Origin: SAR202 cluster bacterium bin22
GTDB taxonomy: Bacteria > Chloroflexota > Dehalococcoidia > Lucifugimonadales > UBA3495
Reading direction: 5' to 3'
Length of the DNA stretch: 64,000 nucleotides
Assembly (NCBI GenBank): GCA_002238505.1
Contig: MPMM01000001.1
Coordinates: 1,037,811-1,101,810 of the forward strand
Under the pieces are notes generated by a model that saw only the letters and a list, made by a program, of their open reading frames with translations, did no database searches and was not told the DNA's origin. A program made the position numbers and the translations under genes. The first letter of the stretch is position 1; the number at the start of each line of letters is the position of its first letter. This document shows, in pieces, positions 50,635 through 60,486 of the stretch.

Positions 50635-50663
50635 ATTATAGAGAGGGTTTCAGGGCTCGTCAA
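50635..50663 (-). promoter_or_regulatory. Consensus sigma-70 promoter upstream of the 23S rRNA
   Basis: Minus strand reads TTGACG-N17-TATAAT, about 200 nt upstream of the mature 23S 5-prime end. Confidence 0.7.
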
Positions 50664-50719
50664 GGGGTGATTCAATCAATTCCAGGAATTGGGTCCTCAC
50701 GTACAAATTCCCATTCAAC

Positions 50720-51055
50720 TTAAACCATCATCAGATACACATAGTACCTGATATAGCTTCCCGGCAGTCTCTCTCCCAGTAGCTCGTAGTTCCAGCTGGT
50801 AAAGGCCTCGCCCCAACCTCGAGCGATCAGATCCTTCTCAACGGCGGCGGCGAAGTCACGGGTAGAGGTACTGTAAATTACCACCATTTCATTCCATCCC
50901 TGGTACCTTCGCTCACTCCACAGTCGGGTGGGGTCAGTGGTCAGCCCTATTTCAATGGATTGACTCCTGTCCCGGTACCGCTCAATGGAGCCGTGCAATC
51001 GTTCAAATAACCTGTTGCCGGGCCTGCCGCCAATTTCTCTCCACCTGAGGATCAT
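50720..51055 (-). CDS. Hypothetical protein (111 aa)
   Basis: The ORF starts 12 nt after the upstream crotonase stop, so it could be co-transcribed. I recognise no confident family. IEIGLTTDPTRLWSERR...VVIYSTS...AVEKDLI is only faintly GIY-YIG-like. Confidence 0.4.
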   Translation of the reverse strand: MILRWREIGGRPGNRLFERLHGSIERYRDRSQSIEIGLTTDPTRLWSERRYQGWNEMVVIYSTSTRDFAAAVEKDLIARGWGEAFTSWNYELLGERLPGSYIRYYVYLMMV

Positions 51056-51067
51056 GATCCGCCGCCA

Positions 51068-51913
51068 CTACCTTCCCTTGAATACCGGGGGCCTCTTTTC
51101 CAGGAATGCCCGGACTGCTTCCCGGTGGTCCTCTGTCGTCCTGGCCTGGTCCTGGGCTACATGGGCCAGGTCAAGATGCTCCCGGAAGGACTGGTCCGAG
51201 CCCTGCCGCACCAAGTACTTGATGAGGGATTGAGAACGGGTAGCGCCCTGAGCGATCCGGTCGGCCAGTTCCAGGGATACTTCCATAAGCCGGTCGTCCG
51301 CTACTACCTTGCTTACCAGGCCCAGCCGCAGGGCTTCCTGACCGTCCACCCGATCGCCGGTATATTGCAATAGCAGGGTGTTGCTGACGCCTATAAGCCG
51401 GGGCAGATTCCAGCAACTGCCGTCGGCCGGAATCAGTCCCATTCTGGAGAAGGCTTCGGAAAATGTGGCTTTTTCTGCAGCAAGGCGAATGTCACAGGCC
51501 AGGGCCAGTCCCATGCCGGCGCCTATGGCATGCCCATTTACTGCAGCGATCGTAGGCTTTTGCAATTCCTGCAGTCGCAACACCATTTCCGGAGCCCGGG
51601 AGGATTCCGGATCGAATTTGCGGGCGTATCGGGCCTCCATACTCCCCCATGGCCTGCTGTCTCCCGTTTCACCCCGCGACTCGCGAGACTCGATGCTGCG
51701 GCTGAATCCCCGCACGTTGGCTCCCGAACAGAAGGAGGGATCGGTGCCAGTAAGCAACAACACCCTCAATTCCGGATCATCCTCAAAACGTTCCAGCGCC
51801 TCGAAAAATTCCCGGGCCATGTCCGGGTTGATGGCATTTCGGGTGGGCGGGTCATGCAGTGTTATAAGAAACACCCCGCCCCTGGTTTCGGTCTTCACGA
51901 ATTCGTCTGACAT
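51068..51913 (-). CDS. Enoyl-CoA hydratase/isomerase family protein
   Basis: 281 aa with GGVFLITLHDPPTRNAI, FCSGANV, NGHAIGAGMGLALACDIRLAA and EAVRAFLEKRPPVFKGR. Confidence 0.85.
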   Translation of the reverse strand: MSDEFVKTETRGGVFLITLHDPPTRNAINPDMAREFFEALERFEDDPELRVLLLTGTDPSFCSGANVRGFSRSIESRESRGETGDSRPWGSMEARYARKFDPESSRAPEMVLRLQELQKPTIAAVNGHAIGAGMGLALACDIRLAAEKATFSEAFSRMGLIPADGSCWNLPRLIGVSNTLLLQYTGDRVDGQEALRLGLVSKVVADDRLMEVSLELADRIAQGATRSQSLIKYLVRQGSDQSFREHLDLAHVAQDQARTTEDHREAVRAFLEKRPPVFKGR

Positions 51914-52093
51914 TGTGACTCCAAGCCGTCCTGCAAAATTCTGCGCGGCAGAACTAAGGATTTGACTGACCGCCGATTACGATAGCACAAGGGTTGGTGT
52001 TTTGTGTCACACCGCTTTATAATTTTGCCGACCCCAATGAATACATCCGCAGATAGCTATTTCCGGCCATTGCGGGAACCTGGAGGGAGATCG

Positions 52094-52522
52094 ATGAATC
52101 AAGGCACCATTACTGACCTGCACATCGCCAGGGTTAAGGGTACCCCCTCTGACCCGGTCCAGGAGGCAACTGCCGTCTCCGCTCACGGTCTGGAGGGAGA
52201 CCGCAGTTGCAACGTGCACAATGCCCGCCAGGTGCTGGTGATGGACAAGGAAACCCTGGAGCATTTCGAGCTTGTACCGGGCCAGATTAAGGAGAATATC
52301 ACCACCGTGGGGCTGGACCTGTCCCAAGCCCAGCCGGGGCACGTGTTCTTCATCGGCGAAGACGTGACCATGGAGATGGTAGGGGAGTGTGAGCCTTGCG
52401 GTAAGATGGACGCCATTCGGATGGGCCTGAGGGAGGAACTCAACCACCGCCGGGGCATTCTGGCCATGGTGATGAGCGGCGGATCAATTAAAGTGGGCGA
52501 CGCAATCAGAATCGAACCCTAG
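52094..52522 (+). CDS. MOSC-domain protein
   Basis: ATG at 52094 after GGAGGGAG. Contains HGLEGDR, QIKENITTVGLDL, CEPCGKMD and GILAMVMSGGSIKVGD, typical of MOSC beta-barrel proteins. Confidence 0.8.
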   Translation: MNQGTITDLHIARVKGTPSDPVQEATAVSAHGLEGDRSCNVHNARQVLVMDKETLEHFELVPGQIKENITTVGLDLSQAQPGHVFFIGEDVTMEMVGECEPCGKMDAIRMGLREELNHRRGILAMVMSGGSIKVGDAIRIEP

Positions 52523-52577
52523 GCTGATCTGGGTCTGCCGATTGCCGGGAAAGACCCGTTTACGCGTCAAAATGAGA

Positions 52578-52607
52578 AGGGCCCCTGTCCGGTTGGACAG
52601 GGGCCCT
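52578..52607. terminator. Hairpin between the convergent MOSC and SulP genes
   Basis: AGGGCCCCTGTCC-GGTT-GGACAGGGGCCCT. The flanking A/T tracts are weak. Confidence 0.5.
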
Positions 52608-52656
52608 TTAACATTCTCCTTATCGGCGCCTGGCCGAATTGCAGGTGGCCGCCAGA

Positions 52657-54264
52657 CTACACAGCCAGCATTTCCCGGGCTAGTTCCCTGGCCCCATCCA
52701 GGTTATCGACGAAGTGGTTTTCAGGCACGCTCCCGAAGATATTCAGGGAATTCAGCGTGCTGGCCACAGGTTCCGCCAAGCCCATAACAATGCAGGTTGT
52801 CCCTTCGTCCTCAGCGGTGGATATAACCCGCTCCATCAAGAGGGCCGCGCTATCGTCAACGTAGGTAGTGCGCGAGAAGTCGAGAATCACAATCTCGTGG
52901 TCCTTGATGTCAGGGCCGATTGCCTGGACGAGCCGGTTAGACGAAGCAACGGAGAACTGGCCCCGGAAGGCCACCAGGCCCACCCGCGCGCTGAAGGGAT
53001 CAAAGTCCGTCTCCTCGCCGTCCGGGGGAGGAGTGACACCCAGGAAGTCCATATCCAGCATGGGCGCCGACACGACGTTGTCAACTTCCAGCGTCTCCAA
53101 ACGTCTGGCGTGGGCAAAGCCGGCCGCAATCAACCCGATAGCAACTGCGGTAACCAGGTCAAGGAACACCGTCAGCGCAAAGGTCACCAGCATCACCAAC
53201 AGGTGGTCCCTTCTCACGTGGCGGATTCGCGTGACAAACTTCCAGTCAATTATGTCCCAGCCTACCTTCATCAGGACTGCGGCCAGGACCGCGTGAGGTA
53301 TCGGTTCAACCAACTTTCCCAGCCCCAGTATCAGGGCTACCAATACCAGCGACCTCAGCACTCCGGCGACGGGGGTACGACCACCGGCGCGAATACTGAC
53401 TACCGTACCCAGGGTTGCACCTGCCCCCGGCAGACCTCCGATAAAGCCGGACATCATATTTCCGATGCCCTGGCCTACCAGTTCCTTGTTGGGTTTGTGC
53501 CGGGTTCGGGTTATGGAGTCGGCTATCAACGACGTCAAGAGGCTGTCTATGGAACCGAGGAGGGCGAGGATTATCGCCGGCTGTATAACCCTAATCAGGA
53601 ATTCAGGAGCCAGATGGGGAATATGGAATTGGGGGAGGCCCGTAGGTATTTCACCGATGGTTGGCGCCCCGCCAAGCCAGAACACCCCCAAAAGACTGCC
53701 CGCCACCAGTGCAACCAAAGGACCGGGGATGTACCTGGCAGGCAGACCGCGCCACGAGAAACCGATAATCAGGGCGACCACCGCAATAATCAGCGCGTCA
53801 ATGTTGTAACTGCCCAGCAGCCCTGGCCAGGCACGAATGACGGCCACTGGACCACCGGGGACCGACTGGATGCCAAGGAAGGGCAGAACCTGGATTATGA
53901 TGATAATCACGCCAATTCCGGTCATGAAACCGGATATGACGGAGTAAGGGGTGTACGAGACAAAACGGCCTATTCGAAGCAGTCCCAAAAGGATCTGGAA
54001 CACGCCACCCAGAATAACGACCGTGAAAGCCTCCACGGCGTTGGTAGCGTACTGTGCTACAACAACCGCCATGGCGACAGTCATGGGGCCAGTGGGACCC
54101 GAAATTTGGGAAGGTGTACCGCCAAATACGGCGGCGAAAAAACCGACGGCAATTGCGCTATAGATGCCGGCTTCTGGCCCCAGGCCCGACGCAACGCCGA
54201 AGGCTAATGCTACCGGAAGCGCCACGATGGTAGCCGTGACGCCTCCGAACAAGTCTCCTCGCAA
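52657..54264 (-). CDS. SulP-family anion (sulfate/bicarbonate) transporter with a C-terminal STAS domain
   Basis: 535 aa with GDLFGGVTATIVALPVALAFGVASG, multiple TM segments and a STAS-like C-terminus (HEIVILDFSRTTYVDDSAALLMERV). TTG start. Confidence 0.9.
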   Translation of the reverse strand: MRGDLFGGVTATIVALPVALAFGVASGLGPEAGIYSAIAVGFFAAVFGGTPSQISGPTGPMTVAMAVVVAQYATNAVEAFTVVILGGVFQILLGLLRIGRFVSYTPYSVISGFMTGIGVIIIIIQVLPFLGIQSVPGGPVAVIRAWPGLLGSYNIDALIIAVVALIIGFSWRGLPARYIPGPLVALVAGSLLGVFWLGGAPTIGEIPTGLPQFHIPHLAPEFLIRVIQPAIILALLGSIDSLLTSLIADSITRTRHKPNKELVGQGIGNMMSGFIGGLPGAGATLGTVVSIRAGGRTPVAGVLRSLVLVALILGLGKLVEPIPHAVLAAVLMKVGWDIIDWKFVTRIRHVRRDHLLVMLVTFALTVFLDLVTAVAIGLIAAGFAHARRLETLEVDNVVSAPMLDMDFLGVTPPPDGEETDFDPFSARVGLVAFRGQFSVASSNRLVQAIGPDIKDHEIVILDFSRTTYVDDSAALLMERVISTAEDEGTTCIVMGLAEPVASTLNSLNIFGSVPENHFVDNLDGARELAREMLAV

Positions 54265-54381
54265 TTGGCTTAAGCTGTATTCGAACCTGATGGCAACACC
54301 TTGTTTTTGATGCTCCTGATGGCTAGGGGAAGGCCGGCATTAAGAGCAGAATCCACAACTCCGGACTGAACTGCTTCCCAG

Positions 54382-55749
54382 CTATTTCGCTCCAATCAGC
54401 GTGCTGCGAATGGTCCCGGACAGGTCGGTAACCTCTCCTATGTCCGACCAGGTTTCCACAGTTTCGGCGACCCGGTCTTCGGGCAGTACCAGCCCGGCAT
54501 TCACTTCGAACTTACCCTTGATGTTTTCGAATCCCCAGGGATTCTTCGCCCCTCCCAGGATCATGTCCCGGTCGGTCACGTGTTCAAAAGTGCGGCCGTC
54601 CTTCAGGGTTATGCGAACAGGCAGTCCTTTGAACACTTCCCCGCCGCTCTCTTCCCACTTGGACATGACGCGGGTAGTCACTTTTTCCATGGCTTCGCCT
54701 ATTTCGGGGTCGGCAATCTTCTCATCGGTGAAGGTGTCGATGTTTACCTCACCATCTACCAGCGCAGCAGCCACGTTGTACTTGGCGCTGAACTTGCCCT
54801 TGAGGGTGTCGTCCGGTTCGGTATAAAGCATAACGATGGACAGATAGGACTGATCTACTTCAGCGCTGGCCACGTCATCCCAGGTGAAGTTGTGCTCCCG
54901 CATCAGGCTGAACAGGCTGTCCAGCATGGCATGGTTGCCGCCGCAGCAGGGATACTTCTTGATGATCAACGCGTCCTGAACCCGGAAGGGATTACCCAGA
55001 TTCTCGGCCATCTGGTTCAGGTCATAAATGCCCTCGCCCAAAATGGGGGTGGTAAAACCGAGGGGGTGTTCAAAAATCTGATGCCCGGCGGTAAAGCCCC
55101 GCTGGGCAAACTGGACCGCCATCACTGCATCTCGGCAAGTAAGACCGGCGTGCAGCGGTTTAACCATGGTTCCGAAGTTATGAATGACGCCACCGGCCAT
55201 GGAACCGGCAATGCCCAGAGCGATTACCGTCTGTTCTTGGTCCAGCCCCACCAGCTTGGCGCAGGCGGCGGTGGCAGCCATGCGGCCTATTACTGCCGTG
55301 CTGTGAAAGCCCCGCTCCATCTGGGAGTACTTGGTGGTGTGCTGCAATGCCAGGCCCAGCTCGCACCCAATAACGTAGGCTTCCAGCAGATCCCTGCCAG
55401 TGGCGTTCAGGCTTTCGCCCAATGCCAGCAGGGCCGGGAAAATGGCCACAGTCGGGTGACCAAAGCCGCCAAAGTCGTCATAGTCCAGGGCGTGGCCCAT
55501 AGTGCCGTTCGCCAGCGCGGCGTTGGCGAGAGATGTCTGCAGGCCGGAGGCCAATACGGTGGCCTGGGTGGAACCACCACTGTCATCCACATACTGCTGG
55601 ATTATTTCCCCTACCGGTTGGGTAGAACCGGCCAGGATTACCCCCAGCAAGTCGAAACAGGACTCGTTGGCGACCCTAATCGCTTCAGGGGGAATGTCCT
55701 CGTAGCTGGTGGTAACTACCCAGTTAGCTATAGTTTCGGTTGCTCCCAT
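54382..55749 (-). CDS. MmgE/PrpD family protein (2-methylcitrate-dehydratase-like)
   Basis: 455 aa with ATETIANWVVTTSYEDIPPEAI and GHALDYDD, the PrpD-family N- and C-domains. GGGAGG RBS. Confidence 0.9.
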   Translation of the reverse strand: MGATETIANWVVTTSYEDIPPEAIRVANESCFDLLGVILAGSTQPVGEIIQQYVDDSGGSTQATVLASGLQTSLANAALANGTMGHALDYDDFGGFGHPTVAIFPALLALGESLNATGRDLLEAYVIGCELGLALQHTTKYSQMERGFHSTAVIGRMAATAACAKLVGLDQEQTVIALGIAGSMAGGVIHNFGTMVKPLHAGLTCRDAVMAVQFAQRGFTAGHQIFEHPLGFTTPILGEGIYDLNQMAENLGNPFRVQDALIIKKYPCCGGNHAMLDSLFSLMREHNFTWDDVASAEVDQSYLSIVMLYTEPDDTLKGKFSAKYNVAAALVDGEVNIDTFTDEKIADPEIGEAMEKVTTRVMSKWEESGGEVFKGLPVRITLKDGRTFEHVTDRDMILGGAKNPWGFENIKGKFEVNAGLVLPEDRVAETVETWSDIGEVTDLSGTIRSTLIGAK

Positions 55750-56073
55750 CAGGCAAACCTCCCAATTTCAAGAATTAGCCGGATACCGAATTTCATTGGT
55801 GGCAGCCTCCCCAGTGGGGGCTACACCAGCGTACCCAATTATATACAGCATGTCATTTACGGCAAGGGGAAAAGGGGCGACCCAGGAAATAGGGCATCAT
55901 GCTTTTCCGTATTTTCCGATTCCATTTGGTATGATTCGAACCGAGTCCAGCCGAATCTCAATAATGCGGCAGCCAAGCAACCTGGGGTCAAAACGGAAGT
56001 TAATTCAATGGGTGACTGGCCTGGAACTTGGTGGTGCGCAAGAAAATTTCATGAAGAAATGTGAGGTGTAGTT

Positions 56074-56922
56074 TTGCCCGTGACATTGACTGACCTGGTT
56101 CCCAATCAGACCCCGGTGACCATAGCCGAAGGGTTCCAGTTTACCGAAGGCCCGGTTTGGCACCCGGACGGATATTTGCTCTTCAGCGATATCCCTGCCG
56201 ATACCATTTATCGCTATGTGCCCGGCGGCGTTCCTGAACCTTACATCTGCCCCAGTGGAAACTCCAACGGATTGACGTTCGACCGGGAAGGAAGACTGGT
56301 TGCATGTGAACACGGAGGTCGGAGGGTTTCCCGCCGGGGTGCAAGTGGGGATATGGAGACGCTGGTGGACCAACATGACGGCAAGCGACTGAACAGCCCC
56401 AACGACATTGTGGTTCATTCCGGCGGAGCCATCTTCTTCACGGACCCACCCTACGGCATAGACCCGGATCCGGGCGAACAGGGCTTTAATGGAGTCTTTC
56501 GCCTGGACACGGACGGTTCGATTGCGATGCTGAGCCAAAGCATGAACCGGCCAAACGGTCTGGCCCTTTCCATTGATGAGACAGTTCTATACGTTGACGA
56601 CTCCCGAAACCGGCACGTGCTGGCGTATCCACTGGACAGCAGCCTGGGCGTGGGGGAGCCATCCGTTCTCGTGGATATGGATGTTGATGCACCGGGTGGC
56701 CCGGACGGAATGAAACTGGACAGCCAGGGGAATCTCTACGTAACCGGACCGGGCGGTCTGTGGGTAACGACTACTGGCGAAGAACACCTGGGAACTGTTG
56801 AGTTTCCTCAACTGCCGGCCAATCTGTGCTTTGGCGGCGCCAGTCTCACCACCATTTACGTGACGGCGAGGACGGGCCTATACAGCATTGATGTCAATGT
56901 AACAGGTATTCCGGTCTTCTAG
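56074..56922 (+). CDS. SMP-30/gluconolactonase/LRE-like beta-propeller lactonase
   Basis: 282 aa with FTEGPVWHPDGYLLFSD, RLNSPNDIVVHSGGAIFFTDP, NGLALS and PDGMKLDSQGNLYV. TTG start with a GAGGTG RBS. Confidence 0.85.
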   Translation: MPVTLTDLVPNQTPVTIAEGFQFTEGPVWHPDGYLLFSDIPADTIYRYVPGGVPEPYICPSGNSNGLTFDREGRLVACEHGGRRVSRRGASGDMETLVDQHDGKRLNSPNDIVVHSGGAIFFTDPPYGIDPDPGEQGFNGVFRLDTDGSIAMLSQSMNRPNGLALSIDETVLYVDDSRNRHVLAYPLDSSLGVGEPSVLVDMDVDAPGGPDGMKLDSQGNLYVTGPGGLWVTTTGEEHLGTVEFPQLPANLCFGGASLTTIYVTARTGLYSIDVNVTGIPVF

Positions 56923-57729
56923 TCACGCGCGCTTTAGTGCCTTGAACACCAGGCTTGGCCAGGCAAAGGCGATGTCATCGTCCTGTTCCTGAATCAGGAA
57001 AGTCTGTTTCGCCTGCGGGGTGGCGCTCATGAAGTCACGCCGCAGGGACACTACCTCTGAGTCAGGAGTGGCGGTTCGCTTTACCCAGTCGTTGAACATC
57101 ATGTAAGTTCTTTCGTCGTGCTTTTCAACGACTTGCAGACCACGGCTCTCCAGCATCCCAAGCAGCACTGAAACTTTGCGATTCTCCACGTGGCTGAAGT
57201 CCCGGCGCAACTCGACATCGTTGTACCAAGAGGCGAGAGAGTCATCCTCGGGGGAGACAGAGTCAGCCATGACCAGCGCCCCGCCGGGTTTGAGAATTCT
57301 GCGAATCTCGTCAAAGGCAGCGCCCAGATCTATGAAGTGGTGACCCGCCGCCCGGCAGGTAACCAGGTCGAAAGAATCGGATACAAATGGCAGGGCTTCA
57401 GCCTGATTCTGACACACTACGACATTGGGCAAATTTCGCTCTCCGCCTATTCTCCGGGTTTCCAGCAGCATTTCACGAGTCAGATCGCTGGCAACCACCT
57501 TGCCGGCGTATTCAGCCGCGGCAAATGCCGTAAATCCGGCTCCGGTGCCAAGGTCAACTGCCCATCCGGCGGTAGGAGCTTCAGAAATCATCCGCTGCAG
57601 AGTCGTCAGTCGATTGTCACTGATATGGACCTGGCTGGTTGCATATTGGGCTGCCTGCGAACCAAACATACGCTGGGCCGAGCTTCCCTGGGAATCGTCC
57701 TGGGTATTCAAAGCATTGTCCTGAGTCAT
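56923..57729 (-). CDS. Class I SAM-dependent methyltransferase (type 11)
   Basis: Contains AVDLGTGAGFTA, SFDLVTCRAAGHHF and LKPGGALVMAD. The start is uncertain: ATG at 57729, 57771 or 57798. Confidence 0.8.
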   Translation of the reverse strand: MTQDNALNTQDDSQGSSAQRMFGSQAAQYATSQVHISDNRLTTLQRMISEAPTAGWAVDLGTGAGFTAFAAAEYAGKVVASDLTREMLLETRRIGGERNLPNVVVCQNQAEALPFVSDSFDLVTCRAAGHHFIDLGAAFDEIRRILKPGGALVMADSVSPEDDSLASWYNDVELRRDFSHVENRKVSVLLGMLESRGLQVVEKHDERTYMMFNDWVKRTATPDSEVVSLRRDFMSATPQAKQTFLIQEQDDDIAFAWPSLVFKALKRA

Positions 57730-57965
57730 GTTGCCGCCTTTGAAGCTGTAAGTTTCCGGTTTTCGAGTCATTTTAGGGTGCCCCGTCAGCAGAAACAACC
57801 TGCAGGCGAGGGGTGTTTGGCGGCTACCGGGTCAGCCATCTGTCAAGCTTTGGCAAGCACCAATTTTATCTTGGCTAGCCATTTTCCTGGCCCTGTGTTA
57901 GCCTACAGCCACCTGCAGTTTGGGTACCGCACTCGACATTAGATGGCATTTGGCAGGTATGCAAG

Positions 57966-58274
57966 ATGCGTCGCGAGTTTATTTGTCACAGATGCGGCAA
58001 CGCCAATCGCCGGGGCGCCGAGAATTGCAACTATTGCGGCCTTCAAGTAGGCTGGCGTCCCAGCTTCCCTGACTCCTTCAGGTTCTGGCGCTGGCCTGTC
58101 GGGTTCGTTGAGACTTCCGGCAGCCTTGCAGCATCCCTGGCGGCCACTGTTGAACTGGCTAACCTGGGCAACTGGGCGTCGAATGTCCTGGTAATGCCCT
58201 TATTGGTTTACAGTTCCCTGGCTCTGCTTTACCACCTGTCTTCCCGCTTACCCGATACAGACAACAGGCAATGA
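57966..58274 (+). CDS. Zinc-ribbon protein with a hydrophobic C-terminal half
   Basis: 102 aa. CHRCGNANRRGAENCNYCG is a CxxC-N10-CxxC knuckle pair, followed by two hydrophobic stretches. Its stop overlaps the next start (ATGA). Confidence 0.45.
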   Translation: MRREFICHRCGNANRRGAENCNYCGLQVGWRPSFPDSFRFWRWPVGFVETSGSLAASLAATVELANLGNWASNVLVMPLLVYSSLALLYHLSSRLPDTDNRQ

Positions 58275-58987
58275 AGAACAAGGTCCTCTCCTCTTTCGAT
58301 TCTGCCGTCTCAGACATTGACGACGGCGCAACCATTATGTTTGGCGACTTTGGTGGTCTGGGGGCGCCCCAGAACCTCATAGCGGCGCTTTATCGCCGAG
58401 GGACTCGCAACCTGACTGCCATATCCAATGAACACGGGGGAACCGACGGCAGGGTGGACGTGGGAACCCTGATTGAGGCGGGGCGGGTTAAGAAGATGGT
58501 GTGCTCCATAACCGCGGCAACCCATCCCTCACGGGTTACTCCGTTTGTACGGATGTACAACAATGGCGAACTGGATGCGGAACTGGTGCCCCAGGGGACC
58601 CTGGCCGAGCGGATCAGGGCGGGCGGAGCGGGCATCGGCGGCTTCTACACGCCGACGGGGGCAGGCACGGAAATCGCCGGGGGAAAGGAGTCCAGGGACA
58701 TAGGGGGCCGCAATTTCCTGCTGGAAGTCCCTCTGAAGGCGGACTACGCTTTCATTCGGGCCTGGCAGGCTGACTCCTTTGGCAACCTTCGTTTCAGGTT
58801 GGCCCAACGCAACTTTAACCCGATTATGGCAATGGCAGCCCGGACAACCCTGGTTGAGGTGGAGACACCGGTGGTGGCGACAGGGCAACTCGATCCGGAT
58901 GACATACATGTGCCTGGCGTTTATGTAAAACGGCTAGTGGAGATTCCTCCCGACCGGCTTTACCTCAATGAAGACGTTCTCCTCTGA
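58271..58987 (+). CDS. 3-oxoacid CoA-transferase subunit A-like protein, with no adjacent B subunit
   Basis: 238 aa with VPQGTLAERIRAGGAGIGGFYTPTG and LKADYAFIRAWQADSFGN. Paralog of 346..1071. Confidence 0.85.
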   Translation: MKNKVLSSFDSAVSDIDDGATIMFGDFGGLGAPQNLIAALYRRGTRNLTAISNEHGGTDGRVDVGTLIEAGRVKKMVCSITAATHPSRVTPFVRMYNNGELDAELVPQGTLAERIRAGGAGIGGFYTPTGAGTEIAGGKESRDIGGRNFLLEVPLKADYAFIRAWQADSFGNLRFRLAQRNFNPIMAMAARTTLVEVETPVVATGQLDPDDIHVPGVYVKRLVEIPPDRLYLNEDVLL

Positions 58988-59032
58988 GCTAACTGCTCTC
59001 GGCCTGGGTGATTATCCTTCGGACCGCTTCGG

Positions 59033-59437
59033 TTATCGGAGGCGTTCGAGATCTCCTGCCTCTGTCCAGATGAACGCGTCGTGCTCGGTCAACCTTATGA
59101 ATGAGTAGTCCGCTACGCTTACACTGAAGTTGAACTGCCTAGTTGCCGTGCCTCCCCGAGAGACGTAATTGAAGTAGCCCAGGTAGGCCTCTACGCCGGT
59201 CACCACCAGGCCGGTCTCCTCCTCGACCTCCCGGCGCAATGCAGAAGCCAGGGTCTCTTTCTGTTCTACCAGCCCGCTGGGCAGTTCGCATATCCCGCCC
59301 ATGAAGTCAGCCTGTTTCCTTCGCAGCAGAAGCACTCGACCGAGGCGACAGATTAGAGCGGCTACCACCAGTCTTTCGACGCCGTCGGCGCCGGCGCTGG
59401 CCACAAGCTGGCGCTCAAGGAGCGGAGAGAGGCTCAT
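59033..59437 (-). CDS. NUDIX hydrolase
   Basis: 134 aa with the Nudix box GGICELPSGLVEQKETLASALRREVEEETGL. Confidence 0.85.
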   Translation of the reverse strand: MSLSPLLERQLVASAGADGVERLVVAALICRLGRVLLLRRKQADFMGGICELPSGLVEQKETLASALRREVEEETGLVVTGVEAYLGYFNYVSRGGTATRQFNFSVSVADYSFIRLTEHDAFIWTEAGDLERLR

Positions 59438-59542
59438 CGGGGTTCGCGCCTGGAGAAAAGAGAGAAAGCGGTCATGGAGCGCCGAGACCCGGCAACTGAA
59501 AGATTCTATACGGAAGACTGGAAGACAGCCGGCCAGCCGGCC

Positions 59543-60226
59543 TCAGTTAAGTCGCGGGCCGCGATAGGGGTTGTTCTTGTCCACCTGCTCAGAAATCAAC
59601 TCATTGGCTCTTTTGAGCAAGGGCAGCAGTTGGGAGAGTCGCTCGCTGGCAGTTTCAACTTCCAGCAAATCCTGGCGCATGCCCTGGGGCAGTTCTATGC
59701 TGCCGGTCAAGGTGGAAACGGCTTCGAAAGAGAGGTTCAAGGGATTTTCGGGGACCTCCACAGGAGCGTTCCACGCGCCGGCCAGAGTAGCGATGTGCTG
59801 GAGAAAGACACCGTATTCTTGCCCTACGTCCGACAGCACCTGGGAGTCCAGTTCCCCAACCGCCTCTTCCTTGTAGGCGATCCGGCCAACCATGTGCGGT
59901 TCCTCTTGAACGATCTCCACCAGGTCGAAACGCCGCTCCCCCAGGGCCAGCAGATTCATTCTGCCTTCTTCCAGACGCTGAACCTGGGTTACTCGAGCCG
60001 AGGTGCCAATGCGGAAGGGTTCAGCCGGACCGCCAACTTCCGGCCCTTCCTTGATGAGGACGACGCCAAAAGGCGTTTCCCGGTCGATACAGTCTCCGAT
60101 CATCGCCTTATAGCGTTCCTCGAAGATGTGCAGAGGCAGCCTCATTCCGGGGAACAACACCAGGTTGAGGGGGAACAAGGGCAGTTCCGTCAGGTCGTCC
60201 GGGGGAATCTGATTAGGCTGATTCAT
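59543..60226 (-). CDS. LON substrate-binding (Lon N-terminal) domain protein
   Basis: 227 aa with LPLFPLNLVLFPGMRLPLHIFEERYKAMI, typical of stand-alone Lon-N (PUA-like) domain proteins. Confidence 0.8.
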   Translation of the reverse strand: MNQPNQIPPDDLTELPLFPLNLVLFPGMRLPLHIFEERYKAMIGDCIDRETPFGVVLIKEGPEVGGPAEPFRIGTSARVTQVQRLEEGRMNLLALGERRFDLVEIVQEEPHMVGRIAYKEEAVGELDSQVLSDVGQEYGVFLQHIATLAGAWNAPVEVPENPLNLSFEAVSTLTGSIELPQGMRQDLLEVETASERLSQLLPLLKRANELISEQVDKNNPYRGPRLN

Positions 60227-60486
60227 AAGGGCAGTATATTAGCTGTCAATGGAATCGACAAGCGGAGCGGAATCCGGCAGCGCGAGGTAGTTTGATGGAA
60301 TGCAGGCAACCTCAAGAATCCTGTCGCACTGTGATTGAATGCGTAACAGTTCCAGTCCGACTGACGTCTGCCTTCAATCGGGTACCAAAGGTGTTTGCAG
60401 GATCCTTGATTCATTGCGTGATCCAGTTGAGCGTTGCCCCCTCCCGGCTGCCTTACATATCAAGCAATGGGAACTGGCAATGGCTT

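Noticed and set aside
52714-54207. 497-aa ORF on the plus strand
   Set aside because: Antisense to the SulP transporter. Its composition (R/G/Q/H-rich) is non-protein-like, while the minus-strand product has clear TM and STAS features.
54580-56064. 494-aa ORF on the plus strand
   Set aside because: Antisense to the PrpD/MmgE gene and running into the intergenic region. No motifs. The opposite-strand product is a clear family member.
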